Shown: in pieces, positions 37,238-46,979 of the stretch
Layout: each line of letters opens with the position of its first letter
How positions within the stretch are numbered: the first letter of the stretch is position 1
DNA from: an uncultured Anaerolineae bacterium
GTDB lineage: Bacteria; Chloroflexota; Anaerolineae; CG2-30-64-16
Length of the DNA: 64,000 bases
Assembly: GCA_937124585.1 (NCBI GenBank)
Contig: CAKZKT010000051.1
Location: 16,398 to 80,397 of the forward strand
Reading direction: 5' to 3'
Notes under the pieces: model-generated
Seen by the model: only the letters and a program-made list of their open reading frames with translations
What the model was told of the DNA's origin: nothing
Database searches by the model: none
Translations under genes and position numbers: made by a program

Positions 37238-38434
37238 ATGCCCTCCACCGACATCCTGATCATCGGCGCCGGCATCGTCGGGTTGGCGACCGCGTACACG
37301 CTGGCGCAGATGCATCCCGAAAAGCGCATCACGGTGCTGGAGAAGGAGGCCGGCCTGGCCCGTCACCAGACCGGTCACAACTCCGGCGTGCTTCACTCCG
37401 GCATCTACTACAAGCCGGGCTCGTTGAAGGCGACGAACTCCCTGGCCGGCCGCCGCGCGCTGCTGGAGTTCTGCGACCGCGAGGGAATCCCCTACAAGAT
37501 CTGCGGCAAAGTGATCGTGGCCGTGGATGCAGCCGACGCGGCGCGGCTCGACATGCTCTACGAGCGTGGCCTGGCGAACGGCATCGTCGTGCACAAGATT
37601 GATCGCAACCGGCTGCGCGAGCTGGAGCCGCACGCCGACGGCGTGGCCGCGCTTCACCTGCCCAATTCGGGCGTCGTGGACTTTCGTGTCGTCTGCGAGC
37701 GGCTGGCGCAACGCGTGCGCGAGGCCGGCCACACCATTCACACCCAGGCCGCAGTGGTGGGGCTGGTCGAACGCGCGGACGAGGTCGTCGTGCAGAGCCG
37801 GGCCGGCGATTTCACCGCGGCCTACGTGGTGAACTGCGCGGGCCTGCATTCCGATCGCGTGGCCGCACTGGCCGGCAGCCGGCCCCAGGCCCGCATCGTC
37901 CCCTTCCGGGGCGAGTACTATCGCCTGAAGCCCGCCGCGGCGCACCTGTGCAACAACCTGATCTATCCGGTGCCCGATCCCCAATTCCCCTTCCTGGGCG
38001 TGCACTTCACCCGCACCGCCTGGGGCGACGTGGAATGCGGCCCCAACGCGGTGCTGGCCTTCGCGCGAGAGGGCTACCGGAAAACCGACATCAACCTGCG
38101 CGACCTGGTGGAGACACTGACCTATCCTGGCTTCCTGCGCCTGGCCTCGCGCTACTGGCGGATGGGCGCGGGCGAAATGTGGCGCTCCTTCAGCAAGGCT
38201 GCGTTCGTGAAGGCGCTTCAGCGCCTGATGCCCGAAATCACCGCCGAGCAGCTGGAGCCGATGCCGGCCGGCGTGCGTGCCCAGGCGGTCGCGGCGGATG
38301 GTCACATGCTCGACGATTTTGCTTTTGCGGAAAGCCCGCGCATGGTCCACGTCGTCAACGCTCCCTCGCCGGCTGCTACCGCTTCTCTGAGCATCGCACG
38401 CACGATTGTCGGGAAACTGGCGCAACGCTTTTGA
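37238..38434 (+). CDS. FAD-dependent L-2-hydroxyglutarate oxidase/dehydrogenase-like (LhgO family)
   Basis: DILIIGAGIVGLATAY...EKEAGLARHQTGHNSGVLHSGIYY. Confidence 0.7.
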   Translation: MPSTDILIIGAGIVGLATAYTLAQMHPEKRITVLEKEAGLARHQTGHNSGVLHSGIYYKPGSLKATNSLAGRRALLEFCDREGIPYKICGKVIVAVDAADAARLDMLYERGLANGIVVHKIDRNRLRELEPHADGVAALHLPNSGVVDFRVVCERLAQRVREAGHTIHTQAAVVGLVERADEVVVQSRAGDFTAAYVVNCAGLHSDRVAALAGSRPQARIVPFRGEYYRLKPAAAHLCNNLIYPVPDPQFPFLGVHFTRTAWGDVECGPNAVLAFAREGYRKTDINLRDLVETLTYPGFLRLASRYWRMGAGEMWRSFSKAAFVKALQRLMPEITAEQLEPMPAGVRAQAVAADGHMLDDFAFAESPRMVHVVNAPSPAATASLSIARTIVGKLAQRF

Positions 38435-38526
38435 CAAGCCGCGCTGCGGTCGTCCGTTCCGGTCAGTGCAGACCGCCCGCCGATCGCGTCGCCGGCGTTG
38501 CCATGCGACTTTCAGGGTGATCGGCT

Positions 38527-38988
38527 ATGGCCTACGAGGAGCTTTTCAAAAAGATCGGCGCTGAATACGGCCTCGACTGGCGCCTGTTGGCCCAGCAGGC
38601 CTGGCGCGAGAGCCGTTTCAATCCTCTGGCCGTGGGCGCCGCCAACGACATGGGCCTGATGCAGATCGTGCCGGCCACCTGGGACGAATGGGCACCGAAG
38701 GTGGGCGTCTTCGATCCCTTCGACCCCGAAAGCAACATCCGCGTGGCGGCCGCGCTGCTGGCCCACTTGCGCGCCACGCTGACAAAACTCGGCCGGCCAG
38801 AGACCTACTGGTGGCTCACCGCCTACAATTGGGGGATCGGCAACGTGCTGCGGCTGCTCCAGCGGAACGGCACCTGGAACGATGTGCCGCCGGAGCGCCA
38901 GGCCTATGCCATCAATATCATCCTTGCGGCCGAAGCGGACGCCCTGGCGGAACAGCTCGGCTTGTCTACCCAACCGATGTACGGATGA
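38527..38988 (+). CDS. Lytic transglycosylase (SLT) domain protein
   Basis: ESRFNPLAVGAANDMGLMQIVPATW. Confidence 0.75.
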   Translation: MAYEELFKKIGAEYGLDWRLLAQQAWRESRFNPLAVGAANDMGLMQIVPATWDEWAPKVGVFDPFDPESNIRVAAALLAHLRATLTKLGRPETYWWLTAYNWGIGNVLRLLQRNGTWNDVPPERQAYAINIILAAEADALAEQLGLSTQPMYG

Positions 38989-39446
38989 ACGAGATGAACG
39001 AAACCCATACCGCCGAACAGGAGAAAGAAATCCTGGCTCTGCTCGATCGGCATCTGCGCAGCATCTGGACAGGCGATCTGGCCACCTACACGGCGACGAC
39101 CGCGGCCGACGTGACCTTCTTCGAGTGGTACATCAGCACGCAACGCATTGACGGGTTGGAGTTCCATCTGCGCGAGACGGCCGCCAACTATCGCGCGGCC
39201 GAGGCGCGACGTCGGGCCGGCCAACGCTACGAGATCGAGCACGAGGTGCTGGCGCCCAAGGTCCAGCTCTACGACGATATCGCCATCGTTACCTACACCC
39301 TGCTGATGCGGTACGTCACTGATGAGGGCGTGCGCCACACCGAACACAACGAAACGCGCATCTTTCAGCGCCGGCCGGTCGGCTGGCAACTGGTGCACTG
39401 CCACAAATCGCCCATGTGGCCGGCCCCGCATGTCCCGCGCGGCTGA
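38985..39446 (+). CDS. NTF2-like/SnoaL-like small protein
   Basis: The ATGA overlaps the SLT stop. The alpha+beta cone pattern (WQLVHCH...) is a weak call. Confidence 0.45.
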   Translation: MNEMNETHTAEQEKEILALLDRHLRSIWTGDLATYTATTAADVTFFEWYISTQRIDGLEFHLRETAANYRAAEARRRAGQRYEIEHEVLAPKVQLYDDIAIVTYTLLMRYVTDEGVRHTEHNETRIFQRRPVGWQLVHCHKSPMWPAPHVPRG

Positions 39447-39514
39447 AGCGCGTCGTATCCTGAAAAATAGCCGCTCAAAGGCGAGACCTACCTCGCTCTG
39501 CGAACTGTGAGGCT

Positions 39515-39988
39515 GTGATGATCGAAATCGCCATCCCTGGAGACGGCAGTCTCCAATTGAAAAACCTGGTGCTGGACTACAACGGCACCCTGGCCTGCAG
39601 CGGCGTCCTGTTGGAGGGGGTCAGCGAGCGGCTGACCGCGCTCTCCAGACAGCTCGCCGTGTACGTTCTCACCGCGGACACGTTCGGGACGGCCGCCGCG
39701 GTGCTGGCCGGCCTGCCCTGCACCGTGCACATCCTGCCCCAGATCGGCCAGGATCACGCCAAAATGGCCTTCGTGGCGCAGCTTGGCCGCGGGGAAACGG
39801 TATGCGTCGGCAATGGCCGCAACGACAAGCTGATGTTGCAGGCAGCCGCGTTGGGCATCGCCATCGTCGGGCCTGAGGGCGCAGCGACCGAAGCCGTCCT
39901 GGCGGCCGACATCGTTGTGCCCGACATCCGGGTCGCGCTCGATCTGCTGCTTCATCCGCTGCGCCTGGTCGCCACGCTGCGGTCGTAG
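39515..39988 (+). CDS. HAD-family hydrolase-like small protein
   Basis: VLDYNGTL (motif I DxxGT) and GNGRND (motif III). Confidence 0.6.
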   Translation: MMIEIAIPGDGSLQLKNLVLDYNGTLACSGVLLEGVSERLTALSRQLAVYVLTADTFGTAAAVLAGLPCTVHILPQIGQDHAKMAFVAQLGRGETVCVGNGRNDKLMLQAAALGIAIVGPEGAATEAVLAADIVVPDIRVALDLLLHPLRLVATLRS

Positions 39989-39992
39989 TCCC

Positions 39993-41147
39993 ATGTTACC
40001 GCCCACTGCAGATGTCGTCATCATCGGCGGCGGCGTGATGGGGGTCAGCACGGCCTATCATCTGGCCCGACGTGGCTGCCGAAGGGTCGTCCTGCTCGAA
40101 AAGCATCCTTTCCTGGGCGCCGAGGCCACCGGCAAATGCGCGGGCGGCATCCGCTATCAGTTCAGCACCGAGATTAACATCCGGCTGTCCCAGCTCAGCT
40201 TGCCGATGCTCGAACGCTTCGAGGCCGAAACCGGTCAGGCGATTGACCTGCGCTGGCCCGGTTATCTCTTCCTGCTGGACAACGCCGCCGACCTGGCGAT
40301 TTTTCGCCGCAACGTGGCGCTGCAGAACCGGCTCGGCGTCCCCTCGGTCATCCTCGCGGCCGATGACGTGCGAGCCCGCGTGCCGCTCCTGCGCCTGGAT
40401 GACATCGTCGGAGCCGCATGGCATGCCGGCGATGGCCTGGCCGATCCCAACGGCGTGGTCCAGGGCTATGCGGCCGCGGCGCGATGCTTGGACGCGGCCA
40501 TCTTCACCGGCGTCACGGTCACCGGCATCACCGTGCGCGCCGGTCGCATCAGGGGCGTGCAGACGAGTGCGGGCGACATCGCCGCGGCCGCCGTCGTGAA
40601 CGCCGCCGGGCCATGGGCCGGCCAGGTGGCCGCCCTGGCCGGCGTCGAACTGCCGATCACACCGCTGCGCCGCCAGATCGTCGTCACCGCGCCGCTGCCC
40701 GGCGTGCCCGACGACTTCCCCTTCGTCATTGACTTCAGCCGCAGCCTCTACTTTCACCGTGAGGGCCGCGGCATCCTGACCGGCCAGTCCAACCCGCACG
40801 AAACGCCCGGCTTCGACCAGTCGGTGGATCACGCCTGGACCGAACGACACCTGGAACAGGCGATGTGGCGTTTCCCGCTGTTGGAGCGGGCCGGCCTGCT
40901 GCGCCAATGGGCCGGGCTGTACGAGGTCACACCCGACGCGCACCCGGTCATTGACGGCCTGACCGACCCGGCGGGCTTCTACATCGTGGCCGGCTTTTCG
41001 GGCCACGGCTTCATGCACGGCCCGGCCGCCGGCCTGCTGATGGCCGAGCTGATCCTGGACGGCGCAGCGCATAGCCTGGACGTGCACCAGCTCCGGCTGA
41101 GCCGCTTCGCTGAAGGCGATTTGGTGCGCGAGCACAACGTGGTTTGA
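39993..41147 (+). CDS. FAD-dependent oxidoreductase (DAO family, sarcosine/glycine oxidase-like)
   Basis: VVIIGGGVMGVSTAYHLA...EATGKCAGGIR...AGFSGHGFM. Confidence 0.75.
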   Translation: MLPPTADVVIIGGGVMGVSTAYHLARRGCRRVVLLEKHPFLGAEATGKCAGGIRYQFSTEINIRLSQLSLPMLERFEAETGQAIDLRWPGYLFLLDNAADLAIFRRNVALQNRLGVPSVILAADDVRARVPLLRLDDIVGAAWHAGDGLADPNGVVQGYAAAARCLDAAIFTGVTVTGITVRAGRIRGVQTSAGDIAAAAVVNAAGPWAGQVAALAGVELPITPLRRQIVVTAPLPGVPDDFPFVIDFSRSLYFHREGRGILTGQSNPHETPGFDQSVDHAWTERHLEQAMWRFPLLERAGLLRQWAGLYEVTPDAHPVIDGLTDPAGFYIVAGFSGHGFMHGPAAGLLMAELILDGAAHSLDVHQLRLSRFAEGDLVREHNVV

Positions 41148-41170
41148 CCGTCCATCGTTGCGAGGCAGCC

Positions 41171-41800
41171 ATGAGATTACTGCTTACCGGCTTCGGCCCG
41201 TTCGGCGATATCGTCTGCAATCCCGCGCAGCTCGTCGTCGAGGCGCTGGCGGCCGACGTGACTCTGTGGGAGCCGGACGGCCCACACCGGCTTATCTCGG
41301 TCATCCTGCCGGTCGAGTTCGGGGCGGCCGACGAACATATCCGCAACCTGATCGAGGCGCACCGGCCCGATGTCATCCTGATGTTGGGTGTGGCTGCCAA
41401 ACGCGACAGCATCGGCCTGGAACGGATCGCACTGAACCTGGACGATGCACCCGACCGGCCGGACAATGCCGGCTGCGCGCCGGACGGCATCCCGATCGCG
41501 GCCGAGGGGCCGCTGGCCCTGGCGGCTACCCTGCCGCTGCCGGCCTTGCGCGCCAGCCTGAACGCGGCAGGCTTTCCGGCCGTCATCTCCAACCATGCCG
41601 GCACCTATCTGTGCAACCACGTCTTCTACACCGCGCTGTGGACCGTCGAGCGGCTGGGCCTGCCGACTCGCTGCGGCTTCATCCACGTGCCGCTGCCGCG
41701 CGATCTTCAGCCCGCAGGCGCAGACGCGCGCGTCGCGCTGGCCGATCTGGTCGCCGCGATCCGCCACTGCATCGGCTATCTGAGCGAATGCCCGACATGA
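41171..41800 (+). CDS. pcp: Pyroglutamyl-peptidase I (peptidase C15)
   Basis: MRLLLTGFGPFG...NHAGTYLCNHVFY (catalytic Cys/His). Confidence 0.85.
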   Translation: MRLLLTGFGPFGDIVCNPAQLVVEALAADVTLWEPDGPHRLISVILPVEFGAADEHIRNLIEAHRPDVILMLGVAAKRDSIGLERIALNLDDAPDRPDNAGCAPDGIPIAAEGPLALAATLPLPALRASLNAAGFPAVISNHAGTYLCNHVFYTALWTVERLGLPTRCGFIHVPLPRDLQPAGADARVALADLVAAIRHCIGYLSECPT

Positions 41801-42420
41801 ACCTCGCCGAACTCCAGGCTGCGCTCGCTGCCTGTCGCAAATGCGCGGAGGCCGGTTACTTCATCGGCTCGCGGCCGATTTCCGCGGTGAATCCGGGCGC
41901 CACCTTCATGATCGTGGGCCAGGCCCCCGGCCGTCACGAGGCGGAGGTCACCCAGCGGCCTTTTTCGGGTCCGGCCGGCCGGCGCCTCTTTCGCTGGCTG
42001 GCGCAGGCCGGCTTCGACGAGGCCGAGTTCCGCGCTACGCAGGCGATGGCGGCGATCACGCGCTGCTATCCTGGACCACATCCTGGCGGCCGCGGCGATC
42101 GGGTGCCCAGCCGTGCCGAGCAGGCACTCTGCGCAACGTGGCTAGAGGCCGAGCTTGCGCTCATCCGGCCGCGCGTGCTCATCCCTGTCGGCGGGCTGGC
42201 GATCGGCCGTTTTCTGGGCAACGACCGGCCGATGACCGCCCTGATCGGCGAGCGTTTCGAGCGGGAGGGCCGCATCATCGTGCCGTTGCCCCACCCATCG
42301 GGTGCCAGCCAGTGGTTCAACATGGCGGAAAACGCGCTTCGGCTGGAGCGAGCGCTGGCGCTTTTGGGGCAGCTACGGGAGCAGCTGGCGCGTACACTTT
42401 CTTCGGGAGAAGAGATATGA
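41797..42420 (+). CDS. Uracil-DNA glycosylase, family 4
   Basis: CRKC...GQAPG...HPS family-4 UDG motifs. The ATGA overlaps pcp. Confidence 0.75.
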   Translation: MNLAELQAALAACRKCAEAGYFIGSRPISAVNPGATFMIVGQAPGRHEAEVTQRPFSGPAGRRLFRWLAQAGFDEAEFRATQAMAAITRCYPGPHPGGRGDRVPSRAEQALCATWLEAELALIRPRVLIPVGGLAIGRFLGNDRPMTALIGERFEREGRIIVPLPHPSGASQWFNMAENALRLERALALLGQLREQLARTLSSGEEI

Positions 42421-43922
42421 AAATCGCACTCGAACAGGGCAATATCGTCCAGGCAGACGCCGATCTGATCATCGTCAATCTGTTTCAAGGGGTCACCATG
42501 CCGGGCGGCGCGACGGGTGCAGTGGATCGCGCGCTGGCCGGCGCCATCAGCGATGTGATTGCGGCCGGCGATTTCACCGGCAAAAGCGGGGAGACGCTGG
42601 TGCTTTACACGCGCGGGGCCATCCCTGCGCCGCGCGTGCTGGTCGTCGGGCTGGGCGAGGCCGGCAAGTTCGACGGCCGGGCCGCGCGCACGGCCGCCGC
42701 AGCCGCGGCGCGCAAAGCGCGCGAGCTGGGCGTCAAGCGCGTGGCGACCATTGTGCACGGCGCGGGCATCGGCGGCATGGAGCCGGCCACAGCCGCCGCC
42801 GCACTGGTAGAGGGCACCCGGCTGGGCCTCTATCGCTATGCCGGCCATCGCTCGCAGCCGCCCAAAGACTGGAAGCCCGACCCGGAGATGTTGATCGTCG
42901 TCGAAAGGAACGCGGCTCAGCTCGCCGCCCTCGCAGACGGCGTTGCCCGCGGCGAGGCTGTGGCACAGGGGGTCAACCTGGCGCGCGACCTGGTGAACAC
43001 GCCGGCCAACCGGATGACGCCGACGGTGCTTGCCGAGCGCGCGGCTGCGCTGGCTCAGGAAACCGGCCTGCGCTTTCAGGCCCTGGGCCGGGCCGAGTGC
43101 AAAGCGCTTGGCATGGGCATCTTCATGGCCGTGGCCGAAGAGTCCGAGCAGGAGCCGCAGTTCATCATCCTGGAGCACAACGCGGGCCGCGACGACCTGC
43201 CGACGATCGTGCTGGCGGGCAAGGGGGTGACTTTCGATTCGGGCGGCATTTCGCTCAAGCCTGGCGAAGAGATGTGGAAGATGAAGGGCGACATGGCCGG
43301 CGCAGCCGCGGTCATCGCGGCGCTGGGTGTGGCGGCCCGGCTGCAGCTGCCCGTGCACGTGGTCGGCCTGGCGCCGTGCGCCGAGAACCTGCCCGGTGGC
43401 CGGGCCCAGAAACCCGGTGATGTTTTCACTGGCATGATGGGCAAAACGATGGAGGTGATCAGCACCGACGCGGAGGGACGCATGTTGCTGGCCGACGCCC
43501 TGGCCTATGCGGCACGCTTCAAGCCGGCGGCCGTGGTGGATATCGCCACTTTGACCGGCGCGCAGGCCATCGCGCTGGGGCCGCACGCGGCGGCCTTCTT
43601 CGCCAATGACGAGGCCCTGGCCGCTAAATTGCAGGCCGCCGCCGAGGCCTCAGGCGATCGGCTGTGGCGGTTGCCGCTGTACGAAGAATACGCGGAGGCG
43701 ATCAAGAGCCAGGTGGCCGACGTGAAGAATTCGGCCGGCCGCTACGCGGGCATCGGCGCCAGCGCCAAGTTCATCGAGCATTTCACCGAGGGCTATCCGT
43801 GGGCGCACGTGGACATGGCCTCGCTGGCGCTGGCCGAAGAAGATAAGCCGGTCCAGCCCAAAGGCGCGACCGGCTATGGGGTGCGGCTTTTCGTGTCGTT
43901 GCTGGAGGCGTGGGGCCGGTGA
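42417..43922 (+). CDS. pepA: Leucyl aminopeptidase (M17)
   Basis: NTDAEGR(M)LLADAL M17 active-site signature, plus VLAGKGVTFDSGG. Confidence 0.9.
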   Translation: MKIALEQGNIVQADADLIIVNLFQGVTMPGGATGAVDRALAGAISDVIAAGDFTGKSGETLVLYTRGAIPAPRVLVVGLGEAGKFDGRAARTAAAAAARKARELGVKRVATIVHGAGIGGMEPATAAAALVEGTRLGLYRYAGHRSQPPKDWKPDPEMLIVVERNAAQLAALADGVARGEAVAQGVNLARDLVNTPANRMTPTVLAERAAALAQETGLRFQALGRAECKALGMGIFMAVAEESEQEPQFIILEHNAGRDDLPTIVLAGKGVTFDSGGISLKPGEEMWKMKGDMAGAAAVIAALGVAARLQLPVHVVGLAPCAENLPGGRAQKPGDVFTGMMGKTMEVISTDAEGRMLLADALAYAARFKPAAVVDIATLTGAQAIALGPHAAAFFANDEALAAKLQAAAEASGDRLWRLPLYEEYAEAIKSQVADVKNSAGRYAGIGASAKFIEHFTEGYPWAHVDMASLALAEEDKPVQPKGATGYGVRLFVSLLEAWGR

Positions 43923-43931
43923 GCGCGGCCT

Positions 43932-44273
43932 TCAGGCAACGCGGTGGCCACGGCGCAGCCAGAGGACGTAGGTCATGAGGCCGGCCAGCGAGACCGCGGA
44001 GCCGACGGCTGCGGCGCCCCACACCCAGCGTCGGCCGGGCAGTGGCGCCGCAGCGACCCAACGCGCCAGGCGGGCCGGGATATCCACGAGCGATTCCCGC
44101 GCGACCGCGGCCGCGGTCGCGCGCTCGCCTGTTGCGGCCGAGGCCACCAGGCTGTGATAAAGTTGCGCGCGAAATTCGCTGCGCGGCTGCAGCGGGGTGA
44201 GCGCGTCGGATAGCTCGCGCGCGAGCGCCAGATAGGGCGCCAGAGGCAACGGTGATAGCGACGTGTTTTTCAT
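43932..44273 (-). CDS. Small single-pass membrane protein (candidate anti-sigma factor)
   Basis: Cytoplasmic N-terminal domain and a C-terminal TM (WGAAAVGSAVSLAGLMTYVLW). Lies two genes downstream of the ECF sigma factor. Confidence 0.4.
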   Translation of the reverse strand: MKNTSLSPLPLAPYLALARELSDALTPLQPRSEFRAQLYHSLVASAATGERATAAAVARESLVDIPARLARWVAAAPLPGRRWVWGAAAVGSAVSLAGLMTYVLWLRRGHRVA

Positions 44274-44321
44274 GCAGCAATCCTTTGCGCTGGTAGATCT
44301 CTCCGACGGCCAGGCGACATC

Positions 44322-45182
44322 TCAGGGCACATACCCCACGACGCCGACCGTGCCCGGCCCCAGGTGCACGGCGATCCCGATAGAGAGCGTGTTGATGACG
44401 TCGGGCAGCTTGCCAAACCGTTTGAGGCAGGCCGCGGCCAGCTCCTGCGCGGTCTGTGCGGCCTGCGCGTGAATGACGGCCAGCTTCGGCGACGCATCGC
44501 CCCATTTCGCCAGCGCGTCCCCCAGCGCATTGATCAGCCCGGCCAGCGCCTGGCTGCGGCTGCGGGCACGGTTGACGAGCTCCAGCTTGCCGACCTGAAC
44601 GGTGAGCATCGGCTTGACGCTGAGGAGCGAGGCCAGCATCTCCTGCACCTTCCCCACGCGGCCGCTCATGCGGGCGAAGCGCAGATTGTCCAGGCTCAAG
44701 AAAATGCACATCCGCTGCCGTATCTCCTCCAGCCGGGCCAGGACCTCCGCCATCGTCGCGCCCGCTTCGGCCAGTTGCGCCGCCTCCAGCACCATGAAGC
44801 CCAGCCCCATCGAGCCGCTCAGGCTATCGAAGACAGTGATCGGCGGGGTCTCGGGCATCTGTCCGGCAGCGACCACGGCCGCGTGATAGGTGCCGCTCAG
44901 ATGTCCGGTGATGTGCAGCGAGAGAATGGCTCCCGTGTTCTCCTCGGCCGCCACGGCCTGATAGGCGCGCGCAAACTGGCCCAGCGACGGCTGCGAAGTG
45001 GTCGGGATCTGATTGAGAGCAGCGACTTTGCGATAGAATTCGTCCTGGCCCAGGGTGACGTTCTCCTGGAAGCTTTCCTGGCCGAACTGAATGTTGATCG
45101 GCACCACGCGAATGCGATACCGGGCCAGCAAATCGGCCGGCAGGTCACACGTGGAATCAGTGACGATGCGAATCATAACCAA
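44322..45182 (-). CDS. DegV-family fatty-acid-binding protein
   Basis: IRIVTDSTCDLP... Confidence 0.85.
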   Translation of the reverse strand: MVMIRIVTDSTCDLPADLLARYRIRVVPINIQFGQESFQENVTLGQDEFYRKVAALNQIPTTSQPSLGQFARAYQAVAAEENTGAILSLHITGHLSGTYHAAVVAAGQMPETPPITVFDSLSGSMGLGFMVLEAAQLAEAGATMAEVLARLEEIRQRMCIFLSLDNLRFARMSGRVGKVQEMLASLLSVKPMLTVQVGKLELVNRARSRSQALAGLINALGDALAKWGDASPKLAVIHAQAAQTAQELAAACLKRFGKLPDVINTLSIGIAVHLGPGTVGVVGYVP

Positions 45183-45195
45183 TAACTCCTTTTTG

Positions 45196-45804
45196 TCAGT
45201 GCCAGCCTCGCGCTTCCAGGTCTGCGCGCAGCGATTTGAGCGTGCGAAAATACAGCGACTTAACTGAACTCTCCGTGCGCCCCATCACCTGGCCGATCTC
45301 GTCGTTTGACATCCGATTGGCGAACTTCAGGATCAGCAGCTGCTGGCGTTCTGCGGGCTGACGACGGATGGCCGACCAAAGCGCGCGCCGTCGTTCGCGC
45401 GCCTCGGCGCTCTGTTCGGGACCCTCGGCCGCCCTGCCTGCCAGCTCCAGATCGTCCAGGGAGGTCAACTTCCATCGGCTGTGCGAGCGGTGATAATTGG
45501 CCACCAGGTTGTGCGCGATCCGGTACAACCACGCCACGAACGGGACGCCCTGATCTTCGTAGCGGCCGATATTGCCAAGAGCCTGATGAAACGTATGCGC
45601 CGTCAGATCCTCTGCGTCCGCGACGTTGCCCACCCGATAGTAAACATAGTTGTAAATGCGGTCTACATGACGCAGATACAGCTCGCCGAACGCCTCCGGA
45701 TCGGTCCGGGCCAACTCGATCAACTGGCTTTCGGTCAGTTCTTTGTAGCGACGATCGTGCGCAGTCGGCGGCGCGCTTTCGCCGTTGTTCATAGTGAGTA
45801 ACAC
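45196..45804 (-). CDS. ECF-subfamily RNA polymerase sigma-70 factor
   Basis: Region 2 (FGELYLRHVDRIYNYVYYRVG) and region 4 (NDEIGQVMGRTESSVKSLYFR). Confidence 0.85.
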   Translation of the reverse strand: MLLTMNNGESAPPTAHDRRYKELTESQLIELARTDPEAFGELYLRHVDRIYNYVYYRVGNVADAEDLTAHTFHQALGNIGRYEDQGVPFVAWLYRIAHNLVANYHRSHSRWKLTSLDDLELAGRAAEGPEQSAEARERRRALWSAIRRQPAERQQLLILKFANRMSNDEIGQVMGRTESSVKSLYFRTLKSLRADLEARGWH

Positions 45805-45833
45805 CGCTGGCTGTCTTGAGGCGCGGTCAAAAA

Positions 45834-46679
45834 TCAGCCTCCGGCGTAGACTGCGGCGCCAACAGTGCCGGGGCCGACGTGTGTGCCGATCACCGGGCCG
45901 AGCGAGCAGACGAACACGCGCGAGGTCTCGAAACGCTTCGCCAGCGCGTCGGCGATCTGAGCGGCGGTGTTGGGCGTATCGGCGTGCGTCACCCCGATAT
46001 GCACTCGCTCCCCGCGCGCGGTGACCTGTTGCGCCAGCAGGTCTTGCATCGTCTCGATGGCCTTGCCCATGCTGCGCACGCGTGCCACGGGATGCACTTC
46101 GCCCTCGATGATGCTCAGCAGCGGCTTGAACTGCAACAATGTGCCCACGAAGGCCTGCGCCTTGCCGATGCGCCCGCCACGCTGAAGATATTCCAGGGTC
46201 TGTAACGTGAACAGGATGCGGATCTCATCGCGCATCTGTTCGAGCTGTGCCGTGATCTCGGCCCGGGAGGCGCCCGCTTCGGCCATCTCGACCGCCTTCT
46301 CGAGCATCAGCCCCAGCCCCACGGAGATGCTGCGCGAATCAATGACGGTGATGGGCGCGCCGGGCAGGGCCTCCCTGGCCACCAGCGCCGATTCGTAGGT
46401 GCGGCTCAGCTTGGCCGACAGGGTGATGGCGATGACCTCGTCGCCAGCCTCGATGATCTCGCGGAAAGGCGTCTCGAAGTTCGCCGGGCTTGCCTGCGAC
46501 GTGGTGGGGAGCACGCTGCTCTTCGGCAGGTACGACCAGAACTGTTCGCGCGTCATGTCCACGCCATCTCGATAGGATTGTTGCCCAAAGATGACGTAGA
46601 GGGGAATCACCGTGACGAGCGGGTGATTCAGGAGCGCCGGCGGCGCCTCGCAAGTTGAATCGGTTATGATGCGGATCAT
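45834..46679 (-). CDS. DegV-family protein (second paralog)
   Basis: IRIITDSTCEAP... The start is at the internal ATG. Confidence 0.8.
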   Translation of the reverse strand: MIRIITDSTCEAPPALLNHPLVTVIPLYVIFGQQSYRDGVDMTREQFWSYLPKSSVLPTTSQASPANFETPFREIIEAGDEVIAITLSAKLSRTYESALVAREALPGAPITVIDSRSISVGLGLMLEKAVEMAEAGASRAEITAQLEQMRDEIRILFTLQTLEYLQRGGRIGKAQAFVGTLLQFKPLLSIIEGEVHPVARVRSMGKAIETMQDLLAQQVTARGERVHIGVTHADTPNTAAQIADALAKRFETSRVFVCSLGPVIGTHVGPGTVGAAVYAGG

Positions 46680-46979
46680 GATTCCATCTCCTGGGATGAA
46701 AGGAAATGATGCCGGCGGATCGTCCGCCGTGCCGAAAAAGCTACGGGCGCCGATCGGGAAGAACAGGCGACGGCGCCCGGCAGCGACGATGAGATCCTTG
46801 GGTCTGCGTTTGAATGAATCCGTCACGCGCGCTGATGATGTTTATTGTAGATGGAATGACGGCGTTTGTCAACGCCGTGGCGCGGTTTGACATCTCGGTG
46901 CGGCTGTGCTATATTGTAAAACAAGTGACGGCATTGTCGAATAGTTCGTGGACGCCGTTAGCCACTTCCTCGCCAATCG

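Noticed and set aside
41158-42420. 420-aa fused ORF spanning pcp and UDG, and the 693-aa ORF 41841..43922 spanning UDG and pepA.
   Set aside because: These are out-of-frame read-throughs. The real genes are pcp (41171..41800), UDG (41797..42420) and pepA (42417..43922), joined by ATGA overlaps.
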